This document shows positions 1 through 9,256 of a stretch of 64,000 nucleotides of DNA, one piece after another. The translations under genes and the position numbers were made by a program. Below the pieces are notes generated by a model. The model was not told where the DNA came from and did no database searches. It was given only the letters and a program-made list of their open reading frames with translations. The stretch lies in IMG/VR virus record IMGVR_UViG_3300024054_000549; one strand, written 5' to 3'. Numbering within the stretch: position 1 is the first letter of the stretch; every line of letters starts with the position of its first letter. The stretch comes from a virus (Duplodnaviria > Heunggongvirae > Uroviricota > Caudoviricetes).

Positions 1-20
1 TCTCAATTATCATAGTGTAC

Positions 21-60
21 TCAATTTAACTCAATTCAACTCAATTTAACTCAATTCAAA
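21..60. repeat. short tandem repeat (ctcaattYaa x4 / 20-bp unit x2) at window edge
   Basis: direct reading: ctcaatttaa ctcaattcaa ctcaatttaa ctcaattcaa. Confidence 0.6.
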
Positions 61-743
61 ACAAATCTATCAATAACGTCTTGTGTAATTGTGGAAATCT
101 GATAGAAACTGCCATTAAGAATATATGGTGTTTCAGATAGTTTCATTAATCTATCTTTTTCATGGAATATATTGAAATTCAATTCAACTTCTAATTCTGT
201 TATATTCTTGAACGTCTTACTCTTAACAAGAATTTGTTCGGCTTTAAGAAAGTTCATAATAATCAGGTTATCCGTAAAAAATATCCTGTACTTTTTATCA
301 AAGTATTTACCCATGTAGAATATTTTTCTTGGATATTTCTTAGAGATTCTTAGAATCTCATCTCTCGTGCTCGTGAAGAAAATTCCTTCTGAACTTTTTG
401 CGCCGCTCAATAATGCATCGTTAATAGCGTACTGATTGATTCCCTTTAATTCAGAAAATGAATCCCGTCTAAGTAAAAGATTTTTGGCGTTGGGGGTCAA
501 TCCCTTAGTCAAAGTCACAAGCCATTTACTGTAAGCATCTGGTGCTTGGTCGTAATTAATAAATGCCGGCGAAGAATTTACCTCAAAGTAAAAATAAAAT
601 GGTGCTTTAGTACTTATGTACTCTTTATATGAAACACCATTATTGTTCAATGCCTCTTTGCATTCATTATAGAATTGAACATTATAATATGGGTCTATAG
701 TAACAAACATGAGGTTAAAGTTCTGATTCCCAGATATTCTCAA
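51..743 (-). CDS. hypothetical protein (230 aa)
   Basis: long ORF downstream of gp52; no motif recognised; likely true start at internal Met (MFVTIDPYY). Confidence 0.4.
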   Translation of the reverse strand: MRISGNQNFNLMFVTIDPYYNVQFYNECKEALNNNGVSYKEYISTKAPFYFYFEVNSSPAFINYDQAPDAYSKWLVTLTKGLTPNAKNLLLRRDSFSELKGINQYAINDALLSGAKSSEGIFFTSTRDEILRISKKYPRKIFYMGKYFDKKYRIFFTDNLIIMNFLKAEQILVKSKTFKNITELEVELNFNIFHEKDRLMKLSETPYILNGSFYQISTITQDVIDRFVLN

Positions 744-2022
744 TTGTTCTCTTTTGGAGAGAATCTAATTCGTTTTTCTTGTTCTTGATTTCTTGTTCCA
801 ATTTTTTTACCCTCTCCTCAGTTAAAGACATGATTCCCATATTCAGCAAATAATCATACGAACCATCCTTTTCTAGGATGTTAGGAATTGATTTCATATC
901 GTTAACTACATCGTTTTTTTGTCTGTTGTTAATGGTTAATTCATTACTAACTATTTTCTTGATGAATGTGTACTTGGAAAAATCATACCTGATACTTTCC
1001 GTTAATTCACTAATGAGATTTGCTTTTCGAAGATCTAAATAGTGCTTTTTAACACTGATATATTTATTAAGGATCGACTGAATATCATCGAAAACTGCTA
1101 TTTTATTGTTCTCATCTAGAACAGTATAATTTTCAGTTACGCGCTTGATTAATTTAAGCTTTGAGAGTAACGTATCTTCGTCCCACTCAGCTAACATTTT
1201 ACTGGGAATGGTAACTTCGAATTTGAAATTATCATCTTCAGATTTATCGTTATATGACTGAATGATCTTTTTGTCTTCCAAATCATCAAGAACGTCCAGA
1301 TACCCTCGAAGATCATATCCAATTGGAACCTCGGTAATCAGAACCTTATTGATTCCGACTTTTTGCACTGTGCCTTTGATGATCCATTGAGCCGAATTTT
1401 CACCTTGAATAATTTTACCCTTAAATCCCTTAAAGAAAGGAACCAACGCAGTCTTAGATTCTTTACCATTAATGGTATTTTTAATATAAGATTTGACATC
1501 TTCGGGATTTCTAGGAAGAATTTTTTGCGCGAAACCTGAAGAAACACCTTCCGAGCCATTAATCAGTAAAATAGGAAGGCTCGGAACATAGAACATTGGT
1601 TCAATTTTTTCACCCTCGAAGAACTGATGCTTTAGAATTGGCGAATCTTCTTGTTTGAAAAGGCTAAAAAACTCATCAGTGCCTGAGGCATAGATATACC
1701 TAGATGCTGAGGCTTCTTGTGAAAACCTGGTACCAAAATTACCACTCTTTTTCACTAATGGTATATTATTACTTCCGGGAAAATCTTGTCCAAGATTAAC
1801 GATAACACCATCTAGGTTACCGTGAAGATATTCTGAAAATTCAGCAACCTTCGATCCAAGTTGGGATACCTTAACCTTCTCTTTGATATTTTTTTCTAAA
1901 ATTGTATAGAGAATTTTTCGTGAGGCATTCTTTTGGCCATCGACTAAACTGGCAATTTTGCGAAGGTTATCATATGAACTGAAGTTCACATAATCCTTTT
2001 TAAAGAATTCGGTAATTTTCAT
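715..2022 (-). CDS. 52: DNA topoisomerase II medium subunit (GyrA-like), T4 gp52 homolog
   Basis: GNFGTRFSQEASASRYIYA aligns with T4 gp52 GNFGSRTVQKAAASRYIFA; overall colinear similarity. Confidence 0.9.
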   Translation of the reverse strand: MKITEFFKKDYVNFSSYDNLRKIASLVDGQKNASRKILYTILEKNIKEKVKVSQLGSKVAEFSEYLHGNLDGVIVNLGQDFPGSNNIPLVKKSGNFGTRFSQEASASRYIYASGTDEFFSLFKQEDSPILKHQFFEGEKIEPMFYVPSLPILLINGSEGVSSGFAQKILPRNPEDVKSYIKNTINGKESKTALVPFFKGFKGKIIQGENSAQWIIKGTVQKVGINKVLITEVPIGYDLRGYLDVLDDLEDKKIIQSYNDKSEDDNFKFEVTIPSKMLAEWDEDTLLSKLKLIKRVTENYTVLDENNKIAVFDDIQSILNKYISVKKHYLDLRKANLISELTESIRYDFSKYTFIKKIVSNELTINNRQKNDVVNDMKSIPNILEKDGSYDYLLNMGIMSLTEERVKKLEQEIKNKKNELDSLQKRTIENIWESEL

Positions 2023-2074
2023 AATTTCATTCCATTCATAAAATAATTATAACACCATTTTTGAATTTTGTAAA

Positions 2075-3889
2075 TTACAATTTAGCGATGCTGAAGTCAT
2101 TTTCGAGAATGTATTTCTTGCGGGGCTCTGAATCGTCCCCTAACCATTCCTCGATGATTTCTGAAGAATCAAATTCAATGATGTTAATCATTTTAGACAT
2201 TCCGTCAACCTTAACCACCTCAAGAAGATCATCGGTATTCCACGAACCGAGGCCCTTATAATAATTTGAAACTTCACCGGGTTTAAGTTCGATTTCCGAA
2301 TTCAGGTCATAGTACCAATGAACTAACTTTTCCTTTTTAGTAATACCAATTACTGGGGTTTGAAGCATTCCAATTTTCCCCTTTAGTTCTGGTAAGTACC
2401 TTTCAAAGAATCCAGTAAGTAATCCCCTAATATGAAACCCATCAAGATCTTGATCTGTAGCATAAATCACAAAGTCATAGTTCTCATTATTGATGATTTG
2501 GTACAATTCAGAGAGTTCTGTATTGGCCGTAAATTTAGACTGATGAGCTGAATAAGCGTTCAGTGGTTTACCTTTAAGGCAATAGAATCCGCATTCTTTC
2601 CTTCCGAGAACAGGCATAAGCCCACCAAGAGCAGATTGTCCTTCAACCAGGAGCAAATACTTTTTAGCACCAATGCTTGGGAAGTATTTATCTGACTTAA
2701 TTCTTTTAACTGTTTTAGTCAGGTTCTTCATTTCCTGACGTTTCTTAAGTTCTTCCTTGATCCGATAAACTTCAGTGATTGGCCCAATGATATTGTCGTT
2801 TTTGTAAATTTTGTAAACTATAGAATCAAATGGCACCGAACCAAAGTAAGCACTGATCTCGCTAGAACTGTTTGTAATCTTTTCCTTAGACTGAGAATTG
2901 AATTTCGTGTTCTTCACATTCTTAAGGAATGCAATAACCATCAATTTATTCTTAATATCACCGGGTTTGATGTCTTTGTATTTTTTAACTAACTTATCCC
3001 GGAGTTTAGATACGATACTCCCAGCAATGATGTCGATGTGTGTACCACCATCTGGAATTTTCAAACCGTTAACATAGCTGAATTGTTTAAAATCGTCATC
3101 TTCATTGGGAAGAATTGCGAATTTGTAATCTTCAGTTTCATAAATTTCGTAGTTTTCAGAAAACAGCGAAACGTACTTCTTGAATGAGTTAACATTAATT
3201 TTCACTCCGTTGAATTTAAATGTAATCTCCGGGAATGATAAACTTAGATTAATCAGACGCTGTTTAATGATGTTCTTATGAGAATCATCAATTTCTGTTA
3301 ACTTGAATTTCGACAAGTCCGGATAAAAGAGTACTGTTGTTCCTTTACCCTTAGATTTTCCGAAAGATTCTTTAAACCTTTCAGCATTATTGCTGAATGT
3401 AATTGTGTACCGTTGATTTCCATCATCCGTGGTTCCTATGAACTCTTTAGAAAAACAGTTCGTAGCGAATGAACCAACACCGTTCATACCAATTTGAGTT
3501 CTATTCTCATCGTCCTCAAAGTTCGAACCGGCTCGGGCATGTCCCCAACACAATTCTGGGTACCAATGACCTTGATTATTCTGTTTAATGGGAATGCCAG
3601 GTCCATTATCTTGAACAGACACATGGTCGTTCATGATGTGAACTTTTATCTCATCACAACCTTGAAAATTAGTCTTGATAGCCACATCAACGGAATTATC
3701 AATTATCTCGTTGATGATTTTTATCAGACCAGGAACGTATTCAATTTCCTTGTGTACGATTTTATCATTTTCGAAAATGTATTCGATAGTTTTCGTGGAA
3801 TCGACCGAACCTATGTACATGCTTGGGCGTTGAATGATATGTTCACGCTCTGTAAGTTTCTTAATCATCAAAAATTTCCTTCTTGTCAA
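2075..3889 (-). CDS. 39: DNA topoisomerase II large subunit (GyrB-like ATPase), T4 gp39 with gp60 portion fused
   Basis: N-terminal EHIIQRPSMYIGS GHKL ATPase signature; 604 aa = gp39+gp60 length; true start possibly Met8 (3868). Confidence 0.9.
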   Translation of the reverse strand: MTRRKFLMIKKLTEREHIIQRPSMYIGSVDSTKTIEYIFENDKIVHKEIEYVPGLIKIINEIIDNSVDVAIKTNFQGCDEIKVHIMNDHVSVQDNGPGIPIKQNNQGHWYPELCWGHARAGSNFEDDENRTQIGMNGVGSFATNCFSKEFIGTTDDGNQRYTITFSNNAERFKESFGKSKGKGTTVLFYPDLSKFKLTEIDDSHKNIIKQRLINLSLSFPEITFKFNGVKINVNSFKKYVSLFSENYEIYETEDYKFAILPNEDDDFKQFSYVNGLKIPDGGTHIDIIAGSIVSKLRDKLVKKYKDIKPGDIKNKLMVIAFLKNVKNTKFNSQSKEKITNSSSEISAYFGSVPFDSIVYKIYKNDNIIGPITEVYRIKEELKKRQEMKNLTKTVKRIKSDKYFPSIGAKKYLLLVEGQSALGGLMPVLGRKECGFYCLKGKPLNAYSAHQSKFTANTELSELYQIINNENYDFVIYATDQDLDGFHIRGLLTGFFERYLPELKGKIGMLQTPVIGITKKEKLVHWYYDLNSEIELKPGEVSNYYKGLGSWNTDDLLEVVKVDGMSKMINIIEFDSSEIIEEWLGDDSEPRKKYILENDFSIAKL

Positions 3890-3935
3890 ACGCGTTCATT
3901 ATATTATATGGAATTAAAAATGTACACTCAAAAGT

Positions 3936-3943
3936 TATAAATA
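3936..3943 (+). promoter_or_regulatory. T4-type late promoter TATAAATA
   Basis: exact TATAAATA 28 nt upstream of ATG 3972. Confidence 0.6.
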
Positions 3944-3971
3944 GTTAAAAAATTTTCAACAGGACTAACAA

Positions 3972-5702
3972 ATGTTCCATCATGGCACAATAAGAAAATA
4001 CACGGCTGCATTACTCGACATATTCAATGATCTTGAGATTCAGCACAAAACCAGTTCTGGTGAATTACTTAGTAAAAAAATCCCAATAAGATATTCTACC
4101 AGAGAAAAGGCTACAATTTTCGATGAGTACTCAACCGAGCAATTACTTTCTGGAAATTATTCAATTCTTCCCAGAGCAAGTCTCGCTATGGCGTCGATGG
4201 CGAAATCTGAGCAAAGGGTAACAAATAAGAACACGAAAATAAATCAGTTCAAAACTGATTCAACTATAGAATTTTCATATAATTCTGTACCTTACGAATT
4301 CTCATATGAAATTATCATTCAATGCAGAGGCATGAATGAGGTAACACAGATAATAGAACAAATAGCTCCTAAATTTAACCCAACTCTTAATGTAGATATT
4401 TGGGACGCACAAAATCTAAGTGAGCCAACTAGAGTACCTATAAAATTAACAGATATTCAGTTCTCGTCAGAAGAATATGAAGAACTTTCATCTAACATAT
4501 TCACCATTACGATATCTATAGCATTAATAGGTAATTTATATCCTCCAATAAAATCTCAGGAACGAGTTCAAACGTTCATGATGATGATTAATGGCTTAGA
4601 TGGCGATTATTATACCCAAAAAGAAATGCTAGAATGGGATGTTAATCTTGATGGGTACCTTTTTAATGAAACCTTAGATAATTCTATAGATGGCACTGAA
4701 TACCCAGGAACGTCCGTACCACCAAAACCATCAGGAACGGCATTAACAGCATCGAGAATAAGTGTTCTTGATATTGGTGATTTCTTTACCGGAACAAACT
4801 TAGAGGAAATTCTTCAAGAACTTGGCTTAGAATCAGCTAAACATGAATTAAAATCAAATAAGGGCGTACCACACGGCTATGCACCACTCGATGATTATGG
4901 AAGAATACCTGCTAATTTTTTACCATCTTATGTCGATGATGTCCTAGAGTACGATACCGTTTCATTATTTCCTGAAATTGGTGAAACCGGTAAGATATAT
5001 GTGGATTTGGAATTCAACGAGACATATAGATGGGGTGGTTCTAGCTATATCTATATAACTTCAGGTGCAGTTGATTCAGTTGCTGGAAAAACTGGTGTTG
5101 TGACTTTAGCTAAAGCCGACGTTGGACTTGGCAATGTAGATAATACATCCGACCTGAATAAGCCTATCTCAACTGCTACTCAAACAGCTCTAGATGGTAA
5201 ATCAGGTACAAGCCATACACATAGTGATGCCACCACAACTGCTTCTGGATTAATGTCAAGTACAGATAAATCTAAGCTAGATGGTATTGCTTCTGGGGCA
5301 ACAGCTTATGTGCATCCAAGTGCAGATGGTTCATTACATGTACCAGCTACTGGAACAACTAATGCTGGTAAAGTTCTAACTGCTGGTGCAACAGCTGGTT
5401 CATTGTCATGGACTACTTTACCTGCTGATGCTGTTTCTTCAGTTGCTGGAAAAACTGGTGCAGTAACCTTAGCCAAAGGTGATGTTGGACTTGGTAATGT
5501 AGATAATACTTCTGACCTAAGCAAACCTATATCAACAGCTACTCAAACAGCTCTTGATTCTAAAATTAGCACATCTGGTGTCGCTGGTGATATTCTTTAT
5601 CATAATGGCACCACATTTGTTAAATTAGCAAAAGGCACTAATGGTCAAATTCTAAGTTTAGTAAATGGTCTTCCAGCTTGGGTTAACCCAGTCATTGGTT
5701 GA
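3972..5702 (+). CDS. tail fiber/baseplate-associated structural protein with two phage tail-fibre repeats
   Basis: two copies of SVAGKTG(A/V)VTLAK(A/G)DVGLGNVDNTSDL(N/S)KPISTATQTALD (Phage_fiber_2-like GLGNVDN motif); late promoter upstream; terminator downstream. Confidence 0.65.
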   Translation: MFHHGTIRKYTAALLDIFNDLEIQHKTSSGELLSKKIPIRYSTREKATIFDEYSTEQLLSGNYSILPRASLAMASMAKSEQRVTNKNTKINQFKTDSTIEFSYNSVPYEFSYEIIIQCRGMNEVTQIIEQIAPKFNPTLNVDIWDAQNLSEPTRVPIKLTDIQFSSEEYEELSSNIFTITISIALIGNLYPPIKSQERVQTFMMMINGLDGDYYTQKEMLEWDVNLDGYLFNETLDNSIDGTEYPGTSVPPKPSGTALTASRISVLDIGDFFTGTNLEEILQELGLESAKHELKSNKGVPHGYAPLDDYGRIPANFLPSYVDDVLEYDTVSLFPEIGETGKIYVDLEFNETYRWGGSSYIYITSGAVDSVAGKTGVVTLAKADVGLGNVDNTSDLNKPISTATQTALDGKSGTSHTHSDATTTASGLMSSTDKSKLDGIASGATAYVHPSADGSLHVPATGTTNAGKVLTAGATAGSLSWTTLPADAVSSVAGKTGAVTLAKGDVGLGNVDNTSDLSKPISTATQTALDSKISTSGVAGDILYHNGTTFVKLAKGTNGQILSLVNGLPAWVNPVIG

Positions 5703-5733
5703 TATTTAGTAAATTTTAGTACTTTCGCTTAAA

Positions 5734-5758
5734 AGGTTCGCTTCGGCGGACCTTTTTC
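5734..5758 (+). terminator. rho-independent terminator (8-bp stem, UUCG loop, T5)
   Basis: aggttcgc-ttcg-gcggacct followed by ttttt, 32 nt after stop of 3972..5702. Confidence 0.7.
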
Positions 5759-6090
5759 ATATTCACGAATTGTTAGAAATAAATTTCAATCCTGGACAGA
5801 AAATTTTCGAACTGATATAGGAGATTAGATCAGAATGATTTGAAGTTCTTGAAATGGATGTTTAATTTGATTTGAAAAATTTGATTTAAATCAAAATAAA
5901 CAAAAAAAAAATAATGATTTTGATATATAAAAGATGGGGCATTTTACGTTTAAGCTGAAAAAACATTTTGAGAATCAGATTAAAATTATATGGAACACTC
6001 ACTGTTTAAGCTGAAAAATTAAAAATGCCTAAAATTCCAGTCTAAATCTCTAAGTTACTTTTTTACTTTTCAATAGAAAAAGATGTTAAA

Positions 6091-6121
6091 AAATGGGAGT
6101 CATTTGACTCCCATTCTTTTT
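6091..6121. terminator. bidirectional rho-independent terminator downstream of gp18
   Basis: gggagtc-attt-gactccc hairpin flanked by A-run upstream and T-run downstream. Confidence 0.65.
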
Positions 6122-6129
6122 ACGGTATT

Positions 6130-8061
6130 TTAACCGCCAATGATTTCACTAAAAGAATTAGTTCCAGCATTGGTGAATTTAAGATGTATAAATTCAGCAA
6201 CATATGTTGGTTTAATGTAAATATCAACAACTAGTTGATTTCTTGAAATTACATCTGGTGTATTATTAGATGTATCGCAAATAACCAAAAATTCCTGAAT
6301 ACCTCTTCCAGCTTGAACAGAACCTAAGAATGGTTTTATCATTGATAGAATTCTATTTCTTGTGAAATTATCGTTAAATTCCATGACTTGGTACTTAGCC
6401 ATTTTGCTCAATGATCTCTCTAATGTATTAAAGAGACCTCTCACGTTTGCACGATCGAATGAACTTGGCTTATCAAGTAAAGTCTTTTGACCCCAGACTA
6501 CGTTACCTTGACCTGGGAACGAAACGATTGGGTTAATTCCATTTTTGTACAGAAGATCTCTATGGCCTTGAGTTGGATTGAATGCTAATTTCTTAACGTT
6601 TCCAATCTGACCACGTTCGAGACCAGCTGAAGCCCACCATGATGCTCTTGTCGTACTTGTTTGAGCACGCAAACCAGCAACGTCACCGGCTATATTAACC
6701 CATCTGTTTTTATCGTTGTACCGATCATATTGATACTTGTAATTACCACAAGCAACGATGAACATGTTGTTATAATTCAAAGAACCGGTTTGTCTCCAGT
6801 CAATCAGTTTTCCAACAGCTTCTGAAGATTTTTTACCAACAACATCACCGTAATTAGCACCGATAAATCCTAAGCAATCTTTACGAGTGTTGCACAATGA
6901 AACAGCTGAAGCACCTGAATCTAGTTCGTTAGCAATAACAATATCAATATCTACTGATTCTTTATTATTCCAAAGATCATAAGCGTTCATAAGATCATCA
7001 GCCTGAATATCAGAATCTAATGAACCGTATAGCTTAACTGTTGAACCTGCAACGCCATTAACTGAGAAACAATAGTTTTTGATATCTTCAGCATTACCTG
7101 TATTATCTTTAACAAAGATTATACTTGACTGTGTGTTAATGACTGATTCAATATATGTTGATTTACCATTGAAGTCTTTAGCTGATGGATTAAAATCAAC
7201 TGTAAAGATTTCTTTAATAGAATCACCAAGTTTAACAACAATACCAATCTCTGAACCAGTTGGGAAGTACTCGAATAGATCCTTAACTAAAATTCCATCA
7301 AATGCTTCTGTTGGAGTAGCAGTTTTGAATGCTGCTGGTTTAGCGATAGCAATTTCAATGTCTTGAGCCCAATTTCCTGGGTTTCTTGACATGAACTTAA
7401 TTTTCGCTTTATCATTTGTCATAGCAATTGATTGCTCTTTAGATTCAAAATCTGAAGCATTAAGAATTGTTATGTTCTTTTCAAAATATGCTGATGAAGA
7501 TTTAATATCTGTTCCAGAAGTTGAAACAGCTTCGAACACACCATTTTTTGAAACAATAACTGAATTAACAACGTCACCGTTTACTAATGTGTCTTGAATA
7601 TTTCTATCAAGTGTAAGTTTCTTCAACGCAGAATCAACAGCTGTAACTTCATAGAATGTTCCAGAAGTATCTGAACCACCAAAAGAAATTAACATATTAA
7701 CTGAATAATTAGCACCATCAGAAATTGAAACAACGTTAGTAGTACCGGCTGTTACACCAGCTGTTACAGTTTCACCAGAAATTGGTGTTGCTGCGCCATT
7801 GATGTTAGATGCCCTAGCTACATATAACTTGTTTCCGTACTGTAAAAAATTATAAGCCTGATACCAGTCGTTATAATTTGAGTCACCTGGTAAACCATAG
7901 AATGCAATTAGTTCATCAACTGAAGTAATTAGCATATAAGAATCAACGGGACCCTTATCAAAGTTACCAGCAAAAACGGCTATACTATTAGATACAGATG
8001 GGGCTATTGTACTCGCATCGATTTCGGTAATATATACGCCGGGTGAAAGCATTTCTGCCAT
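6130..8061 (-). CDS. 18: tail sheath protein, T4 gp18 homolog
   Basis: MAEMLSPGVYITEID.. matches the T4 gp18 N-terminus MTLLSPGIELKE; NFLQYGN shared; RBS AAGGAG before ATG at 8061 (ORF track extends to 8115). Confidence 0.9.
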   Translation of the reverse strand: MAEMLSPGVYITEIDASTIAPSVSNSIAVFAGNFDKGPVDSYMLITSVDELIAFYGLPGDSNYNDWYQAYNFLQYGNKLYVARASNINGAATPISGETVTAGVTAGTTNVVSISDGANYSVNMLISFGGSDTSGTFYEVTAVDSALKKLTLDRNIQDTLVNGDVVNSVIVSKNGVFEAVSTSGTDIKSSSAYFEKNITILNASDFESKEQSIAMTNDKAKIKFMSRNPGNWAQDIEIAIAKPAAFKTATPTEAFDGILVKDLFEYFPTGSEIGIVVKLGDSIKEIFTVDFNPSAKDFNGKSTYIESVINTQSSIIFVKDNTGNAEDIKNYCFSVNGVAGSTVKLYGSLDSDIQADDLMNAYDLWNNKESVDIDIVIANELDSGASAVSLCNTRKDCLGFIGANYGDVVGKKSSEAVGKLIDWRQTGSLNYNNMFIVACGNYKYQYDRYNDKNRWVNIAGDVAGLRAQTSTTRASWWASAGLERGQIGNVKKLAFNPTQGHRDLLYKNGINPIVSFPGQGNVVWGQKTLLDKPSSFDRANVRGLFNTLERSLSKMAKYQVMEFNDNFTRNRILSMIKPFLGSVQAGRGIQEFLVICDTSNNTPDVISRNQLVVDIYIKPTYVAEFIHLKFTNAGTNSFSEIIGG

Positions 8062-8255
8062 ATTTTTCTCCTTTATGAATTGAATAGCATTACTTTCTGT
8101 ATATTCAAAAGACAAGAATGTCTAATGTACAGAAAACCAAATAATTCATCTGAACATTCATAATATTCAGAACTAAATGGACTAACCTATCTAGTAATAT
8201 CTGGTTCTTTAAGGTCCGCTAAAATTTTAGTTTAGTGACATTTTCGGTCAATTCT

Positions 8256-8486
8256 TTAATCTTTTTTGGCCATTTGGAATGAAGCGTTCTTCATGATGTT
8301 CTGAAGACCGGAAACTTGATTCGGATGAAATGAACCGTTTTCCTTAAAATAATTAAGCATGCCTTGTGCAAATTCCTTAGCTTTAGAATCACCATTCTTT
8401 ACTAGAGTTTGACAGGCTGATTTAATTTCTTCATTAGTCATTTTAGCTTCATTAATGCTATTAGTTAAATATTCTTTAAAGTTCAT
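8256..8486 (-). CDS. hypothetical small protein (MNFKEYL.. family)
   Basis: ORF; N-terminus shared with neighbouring small ORFs. Confidence 0.4.
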   Translation of the reverse strand: MNFKEYLTNSINEAKMTNEEIKSACQTLVKNGDSKAKEFAQGMLNYFKENGSFHPNQVSGLQNIMKNASFQMAKKD

Positions 8487-8649
8487 TTTGTTCCTTCTTT
8501 TTCATTTTCTAAAATTTTGAGAATTTTCTTTAAATCTGATAGTTCAGCTAAGCCTAATAAAGCACCTATTTTTGTAATAAGTTCTAATTTCAGTTGAGCT
8601 GATTCGGAAAGTTCTTTTGCTGTTTCTATGTAATTTTTAAATTTCATAC
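8487..8649 (-). CDS. hypothetical small protein (MKFKNYI.. family, 54 aa)
   Basis: hand translation MKFKNYIETAKELSESAQLKLELITKIGALLGLAELSDLKKILKILENEKEGTK; not in ORF track (<60 aa). Confidence 0.3.
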
Positions 8650-8946
8650 GAATTGTTCATTTTCAATAGCAGCAATAAATTCTTTTAATCTTGAAATACC
8701 TAAACTATAATTAGTTATTTCACCATCTTTATATAGCTTTTGAGTTTTTATAATTTTGCCATCCATATCCTTCAGAACATAATCTTCTCCGGATATTAGT
8801 ACAGTTGCCTTTTGACCGTCGTTTTTAACCCATACTAGATTATCACCAACAACTGTATCAAATAAGGTTGCAACCTTATCTAACAAATCCGAATATTCTT
8901 TCTCGGATTCCTCATTTAAGAATTGTTTAAAATTAAATTTTTTCAT
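8644..8946 (-). CDS. hypothetical protein (MKKFNFKQFL.. family)
   Basis: ORF. Confidence 0.4.
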   Translation of the reverse strand: MKKFNFKQFLNEESEKEYSDLLDKVATLFDTVVGDNLVWVKNDGQKATVLISGEDYVLKDMDGKIIKTQKLYKDGEITNYSLGISRLKEFIAAIENEQFV

Positions 8947-9256
8947 TGTAATCTTTCAGAATTTTTGATATTTTGTTTAGAACTAGAATTAAACTAATTT
9001 GATCTTTTGTTGAAATATAGATTGCTGAATGATTATCTTCATTTTTTATTTGAACATGAGTTCCTCTTGAATCATCTTGAACAATATTCTTTATTTTGTT
9101 AGCAAGAAACTTATCTTCAATATATATTATTGTTCGTCTATTCTTTTCTTCTTCCTTATCTGGATGCTCTATAGCGAACTTTTTAAGTTTTATTGAACCC
9201 GTATATTCTTCTATAAGATAATCCAGATAACTTATTTTATTTATAACCTTTACCAT
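8933..9256 (-). CDS. hypothetical protein
   Basis: ORF overlapping stop of portal gene. Confidence 0.4.
   Translation of the reverse strand: MVKVINKISYLDYLIEEYTGSIKLKKFAIEHPDKEEEKNRRTIIYIEDKFLANKIKNIVQDDSRGTHVQIKNEDNHSAIYISTKDQISLILVLNKISKILKDYNEKI

Noticed and set aside
5306-5524. Minus-strand 72-aa ORF
   Set aside because: Internal to the tail-fiber gene in its Ala/Thr/Gly-rich repeat region; opposite-strand artefact.
8644-9256. Small ORFs between portal and sheath as the missing tail tube protein gp19
   Set aside because: No sequence resemblance to gp19 and sizes too small (100-107 aa versus 163 aa); left as hypothetical.
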